A DNA stretch of 64,000 bases from Mustelus asterias (GCF_964213995.1 NC_135808.1:20522001-20586000); one strand, 5' to 3'. Shown: positions 10,995 to 23,924, counted from the stretch's first letter. Translations and numbers: made by a program. The notes: generated by a model from the sequence alone, not told the origin.

Positions 10995-12200
10995 GAACAT
11001 AAGAACATAAGACATAGGAGCAGGAGTAGGCCATCTAGCCCCTCAAACCTGCTCCGCCATTCAGTAAGATCATGGCTGATCTGATAGTGGGTTCAGTTCC
11101 ACTTACCCGCCCGCTCCCCATAGCCCTTAATTCCCTTAATGGTTAAAAAATCTATCTGTCTGTAACTTAAACACATTTAACGAGGTAGTCTCTACTGCTT
11201 CATTGGGCAGAGAATTCCAAAGATTCACTACCCTCTAGGAGAAGAAGTTCCTCCTCAACTCTGTTCTAAATTGACTCCCCCGTATTTTGAGGCTATGCCC
11301 CCGAGTTCTTGTTTCCATTGTAAGTGGAAAATAACCTTGCTGCTTCTACCCTGTCTAGCCCCTTCATTATCTTATATGTCTCTATAAGATCTCCCCTCAA
11401 CCTTCTAAACTCCAATGAGTACAGGCCAGTCTACTCAGTCTCTCCTCATAAGCTAACCCCCTCATCACTGGAATCAACCTGGTGAACCTTCTCTGTACCC
11501 CCTCCAAAGCTACTATATCCTTTCTTAAATAAGGAGACCAAAATTGTACACAGTACTCTAGGTACGGCCTCACCAGTACCCTGTACAGTTGCAGCATGAC
11601 CTCCCTGCTTTTATACTCCATCCCTCTCGCGATAAAGGCCAACATTCCATTTGCCTTCTTGATTACCTGCTGCACCTGCAAATTGAGTTTTTGTGATTCA
11701 TGCACAAGGACCCCCAGGTCTCTCTGCACAGTAGCATGTTGTAATTTTTCACCATTTAAATAATAGTCCATTTTACTATTATTCCTTCCAAAGTGGATAA
11801 CCTCACACTTACCAAGGTTATACTCCATCTGCCAGATCCTTGCCCACTCACTTAGCCTATCCAAATCTCTCTGCAGACTCTCTGGGTCCTCCACACAATT
11901 TTCTTTCCCACTCATCTTTGTGTCATCCGCAAATTTTGTTACCCTACACTCAGTCCCCTCCTCCAGATCGTCTATGTATATGGTAAATAGTTGAGGCCCC
12001 AGCACCGATCCCTGCGGCACGCCACTCGTCACTGATTGCCAACCGGAAAAGCACCCATTTATTCCGACTCTCTGCTTTCTGTTAGATAGCCAAACCTCAA
12101 TCCACGCTAACACTTTACCCCCAACTCTGTGTACCTTTATCTTATGCAGCAACCTTTTGTGAGGCACCTTATCGAATGCCTTCTGGAAAGCTAAATACAC
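10995..12200 (-). mobile_element. CR1 LINE 3' fragment including the RT core
   Basis: GVPQGSVLGP, KFADDTK, LVRPYLEYCVQFWSP; (ttcttatg) tail. Confidence 0.92.
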
Positions 12201-12767
12201 CACCACAATAGACATCCTCTCAGCACCCAAAGAACGTGGTTAGATTTGCTGTTCAGGATCGTGGATAAGCTACAGACTGACATTGCAGACATATAGTACT
12301 GCAGGTGGGGCTTATAAATGGTCACATTGACAGAGTCCATTTCACATTCTCATCCAAAGTTAAAATTAATCTCTCCACAAAGCAACAGTTGATGGTGGAA
12401 ATCCACCACACATCTGTGCGCTTAAATGCATAGCAGATGGATAAGTGGTTCAACGTTGTCCTACTTTTAGAAACCTTGTTTTCGCATATTAGCTTCCTCA
12501 ATTAACAAGCGAGTCCAAAAGTATAGCTTCTGGACTGCTGGTATTTAAAGATAGACTTAACATTCTCTTCCGTCTGTTCTGTGATATCTCTGTCCGTTAG
12601 GCATGGTTTCACCACCAGTGGGTCTGATGGTACTCTGTTAATGTACATTCAAGAAGCAGAGGCCACATTTGAATGGCTTTCCCCTTCATGGCTAGAATGT
12701 CATTTCTTTTCTATTGACCATGCTGCTTCATTTCAACAGGTTTTCAAATCTCATTACTGTAACAGGC

Positions 12768-12810
12768 ATGAATACAATCCACATCATGTGCATATTAGTT
12801 CCTCTCTCTG
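12768..12810 (+). CDS. Gene B leader (signal peptide) exon, MNTIHIMCILVPLS
   Basis: Acceptor tttcaacag ends at 12739, ATG at 12768, phase-1 donor G|gtgagt. Joins the V exons in frame as …VPLS-GIEA-EMFAV. Confidence 0.8.
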
Positions 12811-13204
12811 GTGAGTATAATCTTCATTTATTCCAGTCTTATATGCAGATCGGCCAAATACTTCCAGCTATCATTTCAAGATACCTTGTCAAGGAGGAGA
12901 CGTTGACGGATTGGCCAGCAATCGGGGATTTACTTTCAATTCATAAAATCTGTAATTGAAACGTGGCCTGGATAATGGTGACCATTAAACTATCATCGAT
13001 TGACATTAGTGAACTTTATAATTAGGATCGGTCTTACCTGGTCTGGCCTACAATCAGATCCGCATTAATGTGGCTGTCTCATATCTATCTACTGATATTG
13101 TTTGAATTGAAGGTTATTTAAGTGTGGGCAATAAATGTTGGTCTTTCCACCAACCCATTTGGTTAAACAAAACTCATCCTTTAGGCTAAATTCAAGCATT
13201 GGAT

Positions 13205-13580
13205 CTTTTTTTCCATTCATTCGTGGGACATGGGTGTTGCTGGCTGGCCAGCATTTATTGCCCATCTGAAATTGCCCTTGTTCAGAGGGCAGTTAAGAGT
13301 CAGCCACATTCCTGTAGCTCTGGAGTTACATGTAGGCCAGACCAGGTAAGGACGGCAGATGTCTTTCCCTAAAGGACATCAGTGAACCAGATGCATTTTT
13401 CTGACAATCGCCAATGGTTTCACAGTTATCAGTAAATGCTTAATTTCAGATATTTCTTTTTGATTGAATTCAAATTCCATCATCTGCCATTGTGGGATTG
13501 GAACCCAGACAGACTAGAACATTAGCTCAGTTTCTGGATTAATAATCTAGCGATAATACCACTAGGCCATCGCCTCCCCT
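13205..13580 (-). mobile_element. Deu-domain (SacSINE1-like) SINE. Related copies at ~6.4, 15.4, 16.6, 39.0, 46.3-47.0 and 50.5-51.2 kb.
   Basis: Repeated core ccatctggttcactaatgtcctttagggaaggaaatctgccgtccttacctggtctggcctacatgtgactccag, tRNA-like head, L2-like tail. The family name is from recollection, not a search. Confidence 0.65.
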
Positions 13581-14904
13581 ATGACAAATATGGGGTACAA
13601 TGCTTTATCTTGTCAGCTTGGATCTTCTTTGTTTCTCTTGTGGGGACCATGAATTGGATTCAATTTGAGTTTGGTTTTTGGAGCAAGCAAGGAGATGGAT
13701 TCGGGTCTGACCAGTCCACTCTACGCAGTGGCTTTGCAACTTAAAAAATGGAGTCAAGCATACTTTGTAAAATACGCTTTTGGTGAAAGCATGAGATCAG
13801 GTAAATGTCTTAACTTGTCAGATTGGACCCAGTATGTTCATTGCCTGGGGAGCATGAATTGGGTTTGATTTGTATTGGTTTTTGGAGCAAGCAAGGAAAA
13901 GTATTAGGCACTTGTCCCATCCACTCTGCACATTGGCTTTGTTATTCTGAGAAAGGAATTGATAATAAAAGAAGTCCCACTCAAAAAAGATTATCTACTC
14001 GGTGAAAGAAACCCTTTAGTCTGCCCGAAACCTGTTTTCCAGTACAAGGAGCTATCCCCGACTGAGTCTATCAGACTGGCACGTTGCAAAGCCCAGGACT
14101 GTGTCCCCAGAGACGCACCAAATCTTCGGGCAACCACCATATAGAGGCAATGAGGGATGGTGACTGTCTACGATCTTTCAGTCAGAGTGCACTGAAGGGA
14201 GGGGAATTGTAAAGACCCCCCTAGGTTTGTATGACTAGAATTGAATGTGTACAGTGAATATTACATGTATCACAATTGTATTGAAACACCTTAGACAGCA
14301 ACTTAATCAATGTAGAAAACATAAATACAAATGCACCACTAGTAATAACCATTTTGAAATGTCTGTAATGTTTCTTTAAGTTATATGGAGGCATCTCAGA
14401 GTGCAACTTACTCTGTGCAGGGAACTTCAATATTATTGCACTTTCCGTGATGCCATTTTGAAATGTCTGTCAGTGTCACAGTGGTTAGTACAGCTGACAG
14501 CGCCAGGGCCCGTGATCAATTCCAGCCTCAGGTGATTGTCTGTGTGGAGTTTGCATGCTCTCCCCGTGTCTTCGTGGGTCTCTTCCGGGTGCTCCAGATT
14601 CGTGCCACAGTTCAAAGATGTGTATGTTGGTGGATTAGCAATGTTAAATTGCCCTAGTTTCCAAGGATGTAAAGATTAGTGAGGTTAAGGGAATGCGATG
14701 GGTGCGGGCCTGGGTTCGACACTCTGTTGGAGAGTCAATGGGCCGAGTGGCCTCCTTCTGCACTGTAGGGATTCTCTGATTTCTTTCAGATATTTTAAGA
14801 ATAAAGTCTATTTTTGCAACCAAATAAATAAAATCCCTGAAAATAATCGTAGTGCTGATAGGCTCATTATCCAGTGACACAGGTTAATGCTCTAAGGACA
14901 TAGA

Positions 14905-15405
14905 AAGGATGTTACGAAACTAGAAAGAGTGCAGAAAAGAGTTACTAGGATGCTACCGGGACTTGATAGATTGAGTTATAAGGAGAGGCTGGATAGACTT
15001 TTTTTTCCCTGGAGCGCAGGAGGCTTAGGAGTAATCTTATAGAGGTCTATAAAATAATGAGGGGCACAGATAAGGGAGATAGTCATCATCTTTTCCCAAA
15101 GGTAGGGGAGTCTAAAACTAGAGGGCATAGGTTTAAGGTGAGAGGGGAGAGATACAAAAGGGTCCAGAGCGGCAGTTCTTTCACTCTGAGGGCAGTGAGT
15201 GTCTGGAATGAGCTGCCAGAGGTAGTAGTAGAGGAGGGTGCAATCTTGTCTTTTAAAAAGCATTTAGACAGTTACATGGTTAAGATGGCTATAGAGAGAT
15301 ATGGGCCAAATGCGGGCAATTGGAACTAGCTTAGTGGTTAAAAACTAGGTGGCATGGACAAGTTGGGCTGAAGGGCCTGTTTCTATGCTGTAAACCTCTA
15401 TGACA
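14905..15405 (+). mobile_element. CR1 LINE 3' fragment (the same subfamily occurs at ~30310-30840 and ~60865-61362)
   Basis: LFPKVGESKTRGHRFKVRGERYK shared among the three copies. Confidence 0.88.
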
Positions 15406-15866
15406 CGGTTTCTAATCCCACCATCAGCTTTTGCACTAGGAATTCAATTAATAAAATCTGAAATATGAAGCTAGTCTCAGTAATGGTGACCAGGAGCCTA
15501 TGATGGACTGTTGCATAAACCCATCTGTCTCACTAATGTGATTTGGCGAAAGACATCTGGCATCCTTATGCGGCCTGGTCTGCATGTTAATCTTAATGTG
15601 GCTAACCCTTCACAGCCCTCTAAAATGTCCCAGGGCAATTAGGGACAAGCAACAAATGCGGGCATTGACAGTGATGCCCCATTGCCCATGAAAAAATTAA
15701 AAAAACATTGTCCAGTTTCCAGTTGTCCTTAATTCCTTGCAGTGGTTGCGAGTTGGTTCACTGAATCCAGTTGTACAATTAGGAAAATGTTGAGATATTT
15801 ACTTACTGGACTGACTGTCAAAGCCACAACCTCAAAACAAGTAACCTGACGTTTTCTCGTTTGCAG

Positions 15867-16208
15867 GAATTGAAGCTGAGATGTTCGCAGTTGTACAAAA
15901 GCTGCCCACTATTCTGGCTGAGGAAGGGCAGACAGTGCTCCTGCCCTGTGACTACACAGCCAACGTCTCCAAGGCGATAGGCTCTTATAGCTGGTACAGA
16001 GACACGAGGAATGGAACTGAAGTTTCCAACGGGACAGCTTCATACAGAGGGCGGATCTACAGGACCAGTGAGGATTTTGGGAGTGCCGGAGACGCCTCCA
16101 TTCTCATCAAGAATGCGACAGTGAAGGATTCTGGGGTGTACTACTGTGAAGTGGTGATGATGCAACTGGGTGCGGAATATGGTGCAGGAACACATCTCAT
16201 CGTGAAAA
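15867..16208 (+). CDS. NCR3: Gene B Ig V exon 1 (NCR3/NKp30-like VJ domain)
   Basis: 342-nt phase 1-1 exon, acceptor tttgcag, weak donor A|gtacgc. LPC..AIGS..WYRD..GTEVSNGT..RGR..DSGVYYC..LG..YGAGTHLIV follows the NKp30 pattern (LPC, AIGS, WFRD, EVRNGT, RGR, LGVGTGNGTRLVV). Confidence 0.88.
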
Positions 16209-17361
16209 GTACGCCATTCGGCTGCATGCATTGACACGAGACATTCGACCCTTTAGTGCTGTGGCCTTATCACCGACCGAACCTCGGCCAGAAGCATTTA
16301 GAAGAGCAGTCGAAAAGTCAAAGCATACTTGACTAGGAAGCAAATGCAGCTAAATTAGATTAAAATCAATATGTGCTTGATGGCCAGCGCAGATACGCTG
16401 GGCCAAATGGCCTCTTGCTGTGCTGTAATGCTCCACGAGGCGATCATTCTAATAGCTTTGATGCAGCAAATCCAGATTGTGAAATTCGAAAGTAGTTGAG
16501 GCCAATTTCAAGAAGAAATATAGATATAGCTCTTGGGACTAAAGGGATCAAGGGATATGGAGGCAAGGCGGAATCAGGATGTTGAATTTGATGATCAGCC
16601 ATGATCATGAAATGCGTTGGGAGGTAATGGTGGTATTATTGCCAGAAACTCAGCTAATGTTCTGGGGACGCGGGTTCAAATCCCACCATGGCAGCTGGTG
16701 AAATTTGAATTCAATAAAAAATATCTCGAATTAAGGATCTACAGATCACCATGGAACCATTGTTGATTGTCGGAAAAACCCATCTGGTTCACTAATAGCC
16801 TTTAGGGAAAGAAATCTCCTGTCCTTACTCGGTCTGGCCTACAGAGCCACAGCAATGTGGTTGACTGTCAACTGCCCACTGAAATGGCCGTGTAAGCTAC
16901 TCAGTTCAAGGGCAACTAGGGATGGGCAATCAATGCTGACTGGCCAGCAATGTCCCTGTTCCACAACTGAATAAAAATAAGAAATGGCGGAACAGGCTCG
17001 AAGATCCAAATGGCCCACTCCAGCTTCTATTTCCTTTGTTCCTAATTCTCAACTCCATTGAAGATAAATTTTAATCATTTAAAATATTCAAGTTCTGTCT
17101 CGGAGTAAATCTGACTTGCTGAGGATTCAAAACAAGAGGATAGCTTTACCACCAGTAATACCTTTGATACTCTCCACTTACCTGGATGAGTGTAGCTCCA
17201 ACAAGACTCAAAAAATTCTACCATCCAGGACAAAGCAACCCACTTAATTGGCACCCCATCCACCATCTTCAACATCCATTCATCCACCAATGATGCACAG
17301 TGGCAGCCATGTGTACCATCGACCAGATGCACTGCAGCAACTCATCAAAGCTCCTTGCAAA

Positions 17362-17715
17362 AGGGCGGCACGGTAGCACAGTGGTTAGCACTGCTGCTTC
17401 ACAGCTCCAGGGTCCCGGGTTCGATTCCCGGCTCGGGTCACTGTCTGTGTTGAGTTTGCACATTCTCCTCGTGTCTGTGTGGGTTTCCTCCGGGTGCTCC
17501 GGTTTCCTCCCACAGTCCAAAGATATGCGGGTTAGGTTGATTGGCCAGGTTAAAAAAAAAAATTGCCCCTTAGTGTCCTGAGATGCGTAGGTTAGAGGGA
17601 TTAGTGGGAAAATATGTGGGGGTAGGGCCTGGGTGGGACTGCGGTCGGTGCAGACTCGATGGGCCGAATGGCCTCCTTCTGCACTGTAGGGCTTCTGTGA
17701 AATTTCTTCTATGAA
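17362..17715 (+). mobile_element. HE1-type SINE inserted into an older L2-like LINE fragment (~17165-18020)
   Basis: Full SINE head to tail. The flanks match the uninterrupted copy of the LINE 3' end at ~19460-19890. Confidence 0.8.
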
Positions 17716-18181
17716 ACCCGTGACTTATCTTCTAACAGCTAGAAGGACAAGGGCAGCAGAGATGTGGGAACACCACCTACTGATGTTTCTCTGCCAGTCA
17801 CTCACCACCCTGAATGGAAAGATATCACTGTTCCTTCACTGTCACTTAGGGCAAAATCCCAGAACTCGCTCCCTCACAGCACTGCGGCTGTACATCCATC
17901 TAATTGACTCCAGAGGTTCAAAAAGGCAAGTCACCACCACCTTCTCTATGGCAATTAGGGATGGGCTAGAAAATGCTGGCCTGGCCAGCGAGGACCACAT
18001 TGCCCATGACAGAATTTAAAGATGCTACAATGTTTAGTTGCTCATAATGCCTTCCACTTTTTCCAAAGTGGTTCATTGAATATGGCTGTACAATTAGGGA
18101 GACGTTGAGATATTTACTCACTGGACTGACTGTCAAAGCCACAACCTCAAAACAAGTCACCTGAACTTTTCCTCTTTGCAG

Positions 18182-18523
18182 GAATTGAAGCTGAGATGTT
18201 CGCAGTTGTTCAAAGGTTGCCCTCTATTCTTGCTGAGGAAGGGCAGACAGTGCTCCTGCCCTGTGACTACACGACTGGCATCTCCAAGGCGATAAGCTCT
18301 TATAGCTGGTACAGAGATGTGAGGAATGGAACTAAAGTTACCAATGGGACAGCTTCATACAGAGGGCGGATCTACAGGACCAGTGAGCATTTTGGGAGTG
18401 CCGGAGACGCCTCCATTCTCATCAAGGATGTAAGAGTGAAGGATTCCGGAGTGTATTACTGTGAAGTGGCGATGATGCAGCTGGGTGTGGAATATGGTGC
18501 AGGAACACTTCTCATTGTGAGAA
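18182..18523 (+). CDS. NCR3: Gene B Ig V exon 2 (NCR3/NKp30-like VJ domain)
   Basis: 342-nt phase 1-1 exon, acceptor tttgcag, donor A|gtaagt. 17 amino-acid differences from V exon 1 over about 109 residues (hand count). Confidence 0.9.
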
Positions 18524-21488
18524 GTAAGTGATTCAGTTTTATGTGTTAAGATTTTGGCGAAGATCAAGAGTAGGATCAAAGCCGAAATGAGATACAAAGC
18601 CTGCTCTTGTTAGCTTGAATCTTCTATGCCTCTTTTGTTAGGACCATGAATTGGATCTGCACCTTAAGTGTTGAAAGCTGCAGGGTTATGGACTGTGTGC
18701 AGGAGGATGGGGTCAGAAAGGGCACCAGGGTGTCTTTGGGTAGGTAAGGACAGGATGGGCTGAAATGTCCCTTTCTGCACTCTATCATGATTCTATGGAT
18801 TCAATTTGAATTTGAATTGTTTTGTAGAGCAAGTGAGAGGACGGATTAAGGGTTAACCCTATCCACTCTGCTCATTGGATATGTAACTCTAAGAAAGAAT
18901 TTTTCTTTTAACTGTGGCTAATGGTCGGATGATCGAACCCTATAATGCACTGGTCTTATCTCCGACTGCATCCCATCCGAACTGATGTCAATGCCGTAAA
19001 TTCCGATTGTGTATTTACATCTCAGCCCCATTGAGGAGGCAATATAATCATTTAAAATAACTGGGGTATTGACTGGGACTAAATCTGAGTTGATGAGGTG
19101 CAATACAAGCAAGATAACTTTGAGCATAATGCTAAAAGCAAACTATTGCAGGTAGCGAGAATCTGAAATGTAATCCGAAAATGTCTGGAAATTTCAGTAG
19201 GTTTGGCAGCGTCTAGAGAAAGAAAGAGGTTAGTTTCGAGCTTTGACAAAGGGTCACCTGGACTCAAAACATCAGCTCTTTTCTCTCCTCACAGATGCTG
19301 TCAGACCTGCTGAGATTTTCCAGCATTTTTTCTTTTTGTTTCAGATTCCAGCATCCGCAGTACTTTGCTTTTATCCATTAGTTTGAGCCTGTCCGATTCT
19401 TCTTCAGGACTTTTCTTCATAAATCCCATCATCTCTTATACTATTTATACACTTCATTTGTTTGGATGAGTGCAGTTCGAACACTCAAGAAGCTCGACAC
19501 CATCCAGGACAAAGCAACCCTGCTTGACTGGCACTCCATCCACAAACATTCACTCCCTCCACCACCGACACACAGTGGCAGCCATGTGTACCATCTACAA
19601 GATGCACTGCAGCAACTCACCAAGGCTCCTTAGGCAGTCCCTTCCAACCTCACGACCTCTAGCCCCTTTCATAGCAGGACAATAGGTGCAGAGGAGCACC
19701 ACCACCTGGAGGTTCCCCTCCAATACACACACCATCCTGACTTGGAAATATCTAGGCCGTTCCTTCACTGTCGCTGGGTCAAAATCCTGGAACCTCCTCT
19801 CTAACAGCATTGTGGCTGTGCCTACACCCGCGGGACTGCAGAGGTAGAAGAAAGCGGCTCATCACCACTTTCCCAAGGCCAATTAGGGCTTGGACTGAAA
19901 AAAAACAATTCAAATCGGAATTGAATCCATAGAAATATAGAAATAATTCAGTACAGAAGGGAGCCAAGGAAAATAAATACTGACGGACCCAGTGATCCCC
20001 AGAACATAGCTTAAAGAAGGATAGAAATCATAGAAACCCCACAGTGCAGAAGGAGGCCATTCAGCTCATTGAGTCTGCACCGATAACAATCCCACCTAGG
20101 CCCTATCCTCATAACCCCACATATTTACCCTGCTAATCTCTCTAACCAACGCATCCCGGGACACTAAGGGGCAATTTATCATGGCCAATGCACCGAACCT
20201 GCGCATCTTTGGACTGTGGGAGGAAACCAGAGAACTTAGAGGAAACCCTCGCAGACACGGGGAGAACATGCAGACTCTGCACAGTCAGTGACCCAATCCG
20301 GGAATCGAATGCATGATCCATGGAGCTGAGAGGTAGCTGTGCACTGCTGTCTCACAATGCCAGGGATCCGAGTTCAATTCCTGGCTTGGGTCTCTGTCTG
20401 TGCGGAGTTTGCACTAGGGGATTTTCACAATAACTTCATTGCAGTGTTACTGTAAGCCTACCTGTGACAGTAATAAATAAACTTTAAAACTTTAATAAAT
20501 AAACTAAAAAATAACAGATCTGTGACTGTCTGGTTTTCGCTCGAAAGCAAAAGGTCGGGGAAACGTCTTTAATTATGGGAGATGTAGAACAGAATATTCT
20601 ACTATTGTTAAAGCTCAAAGCCGTAGGCCAGAAATATAAGCCATTTACCAATCGATCCAACAGGGAATTCAGCAAGAAAGCACTTTACTCAGAGTGGGGG
20701 GAGATTGTGGATCTCGCTAACATATGAACTTGTTGAGGCAATTAGTACAGATCCAATTAAAGGGAACCTTAATATTCCGAAGATGTTAGAAGCATAGAAC
20801 CGACAAAATGCCTAGAGTGCTGAAGAGGTCATTCCGCCCACTGAATCTGCACCGACTCTCAGAAAGGTCACCCCGCCATGAGATATTGGTTGAGCTTGAA
20901 AAACGCCACCTATTGACCAGTGCTTGCAATTAATGTAATTCAGATCCGTTTAATTTAGCCCAATGGACGGGAAATACTGAAGATCGAATGGAATATGAAA
21001 CTTGCGGCCAAATAATACAGCCTGTTGTCTTCAATGCGGATATAGAACTCGTGTTGCATCTAATCCCAACCATTTTCACAAAAGTCAAGTGCGTTGACTT
21101 GGCTGCCCACTTTCTAAGTGCTAGTTGATTATTGCCCATTTTGTGTTCGATGAGGCGGTGGTGGGGTGGCATTGTCCCTGCACCAGTCTAACATACTGGG
21201 GATCCCCATTCGACTCACCACGGTTCTTGAAAATCTGGAATCTGTCCCTTGTCGGAAAGAGCCACCTGCTTCGCCAGGGAAGGAAATCTGCCATCCTGCC
21301 CGACAAGTGACTCCAAACCCACATCAATGTGGTTGACCCTGAAATGCCCTCGGAAATGGCAATTAGGGATGGACAATAATGGCCCAGCCAATGATGCCCA
21401 CATCCCGTGAATCAAAAAATAGCATAAACAATGAGAAATAAATACGAGGGGTGATAAGGTAACCGACTTTTGATTTGTTCTCCTTTAG

Positions 21489-21575
21489 GTTCAATGATAA
21501 TCACAGTTCAGCGTATTGTCAGAGGGCTGGTTATTGTGACAGTGATCATTGCTATTTCCTTCTGGAGAATGAGGG
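21489..21575 (+). CDS. Gene B transmembrane exon (S)SMIITVQRIVRGLVIVTVIIAISFWRMR
   Basis: Acceptor ttctcctttag, donor G|gtgaga, phase 1-1. Hydrophobic helix with two Arg, followed by a WRMR stop-transfer. Confidence 0.8.
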
Positions 21576-21864
21576 GTGAGATTATTCAATATGTTAGCAG
21601 TAAATATATCAATGTTTAGAATTTGCTAATATTTTCTCTGAATTTTGCGAAAATGGAAGTGGCAGATGAGCATTGGGTAGTATATCAGCATATTGTCCTA
21701 TATTCCTTCATCACTAAGACAGAGAAGAAATTGTCTAATGAAAATAAGTGGATCAACATCTACAATAAAATAAGAGTAAATGTTTTAGACTAACTCTTCA
21801 AACATAATTCAGGTGACATTTCAGCATGGAATCGCCTCACCAGTAAATGAAGCTGTCCATATCC

Positions 21865-22060
21865 TTATCTAACAATTATGTTGCAATTGTGTCTTTGCCC
21901 ATATATGCCGCATTTGTGAAACCTGCCTCTGCATTCACCTGATGACAGAGCAGCGCTCCGAAAGCTCGTGATTCCAAATAAACTTGTTGGACCTGAACCT
22001 GGTGTTCTGAGACTTCTCACTGTGCCCACCCCAGTCCAACACCGACATCTCCACATCATG
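21865..22060 (+). mobile_element. Penelope terminal-repeat fragment with a hammerhead motif (21935-21971)
   Basis: tcac-CTGATGA-cagagcagcgctcc-GAAA-gctc-gtga followed by aataaac..ttggac..aacctggtgtt, homologous to 7787-7885. Confidence 0.65.
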
Positions 22061-22825
22061 TATACTCTTATTGAATGATGGACTCCAGCTGGTCCCTCTA
22101 AAGAAGGGTATTGTTTCCGTGTAACTCTTCCATTACCCACATTAGCTGTCATTACAATCTGTCTGAGTCACATTGAGGACGTTAGGGGCAGAGATTATTG
22201 TGTGTGTGTGGGCGGGAGGGGGGGGGGGGGTGATGCAAAGTGAGCGGCTTTAGATTGGCTGTTCATTAAAGGCATTGTATTCAAGGGATCAGCTGCCCGA
22301 CATAACAGAGAAATGACCTGGTATCATCCGGGCAAAAGCAAAATACTGCAGATGATGGAAGCTGAAACAAACACAGCAAATGCTGGGAAATCGCAGGAGG
22401 TCTGACAGCATCTTTGAGGAGAGAATAGAGCCAACTTTTCGAGTCTGGATGACTGTTTGTCACAGCAGACGAAGTGTCAGCTGGACTAGAAACATTGGCT
22501 CTGTTTTCTCTCCACAGATGCTGTTAGAGCTGCTGAGATTTTCCAGCATTTGAAACATGTTGCGCCACCGCCCAAGGTGAATTTCTGCTTTTCAGTGCGA
22601 AATAGGGAATTGCTGCACACTGCTTAAATATATAAAGCATCTCACTTTACAAGCCATGTGATGTTGTGGAATATGGAAACTTTTGAAATACTAGGGTGAA
22701 AGCGATTGTGCTTTTTGACTATTTTCCTTATTCACTCCTTCCACCAAGTCAAAAACAAGCACTGCATAGCTATAAAGTAACAATATTTACCTTATTTAAT
22801 AGCATTTCATTCATTATATTTGCAG

Positions 22826-22866
22826 ATATTCGCAACATCTGTTCTTCAGTTGGAGTGTTGAATAAG
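22826..22866 (+). CDS. Gene B cytoplasmic exon 1 (D)IRNICSSVGVLNK
   Basis: Acceptor tatatttgcag, donor AAG|gttcgt. 41 nt, phase 1-0, in frame with both neighbours. Confidence 0.62.
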
Positions 22867-23780
22867 GTTCGTAGCACTGTCGTTTTAATATGATTTAATA
22901 TTGTATTGTGGGATGTTAACGCAAGACAACCATACAGACTTCAAATGGTTAGATTATCAAATGCGTGAGGCATTGATGCTGTTGTGGGGAGAGGGGGGGG
23001 GGGGGGAGGGGGGGTGGGAGTGGGGGATTGCAATGAAATGTTCCCGAGTGAAGCCCTGACTTTACAGCTAAACAGGGAGTGCCACAATCTGTATCTATTG
23101 ACTGGGGAAGTGGGTGGGTGCTTGAGAAAGATCCATTCTCTGTCAGCTATACCGGAGAGTGGGGGTTCCTTCCCTTCAGACCCATAAATTTGGATCTGAA
23201 AGACATGCTTGTTAGGTGCATTGGCCATTCTAAATTCTCCCTCAGTGTACCCGAACATGCGCCGGAGTGTGGAGATTCGTGGATTTCCATAGTAACTTTA
23301 TTGCAGTGTTAATGTAAGCCTAATTGTGACATAAATAAATCGAATCATAGAATTCCTACAGTGCAGAAGGAGGCCATTCAGCCCATCGAGTCTGCACTGA
23401 CAACATCCCACCCAGACCCTATCCCCATAACTCCATGTAGCTACCCTGCTAACCCCTCCGACACTAACAGGTGATTTAGCATGGTCAATCAACCTAACGC
23501 GGTCACATCTTTGGACAGTGGGAGAAAACTGGAGAACCCAGAGGAAACCCACGCAGCCAAGAGGGGAACGTGCAAACTCCACACAGGTCGTGACCCTAGG
23601 CCGGGATTGAACCTGGGTCCCAAGCACTGTGAGGCAGCAGTGCTAACCACTGTGCCACCGTGCTGCCCCGCAGTGACTTCAAACTTCTGGGATCAACATT
23701 ATCAAAAATGTTCCACCTGAATATGATGTGAAGCTATCTCCCGAATGCTCCTTAACATGACATCTCATTTGTTTGTGCAG

Positions 23781-23924
23781 TTGCCCACATGCAGACTATG
23801 GAAAAATGAACGATCAAGGTGGAGCGACAGACCCCGGGACACACGTGTCCAGGCGGAGGTTGACCCGGACAGCTTCAAAGTTGTTGATGTTGAGTTTGAG
23901 TGTTCTGAAGAATTCAGAACCTGA
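23781..23924 (+). CDS. Gene B terminal coding exon LPTCRLWKNERSRWSDRPRDTRVQAEVDPDSFKVVDVEFECSEEFRT*
   Basis: Acceptor tttgtttgtgcag, phase 0, 47 open codons, TGA at 23922-23924. Non-repetitive sequence. Confidence 0.6.
   Translation: MPTCRLWKNERSRWSDRPRDTRVQAEVDPDSFKVVDVEFECSEEFRT

Noticed and set aside
17362-17440. tRNA genes
   Set aside because: The A/B-box sequences are SINE heads that continue into SINE bodies, with no independent tRNA cloverleaf or terminator.
2170-18523. Rearranging Ig/TCR/IgNAR V segments
   Set aside because: Each complete V exon already contains the J-like GxGT strand and ends in a splice donor. No RSS heptamer-nonamer follows the V, and no C1 exon is present. The motifs match NKp30.
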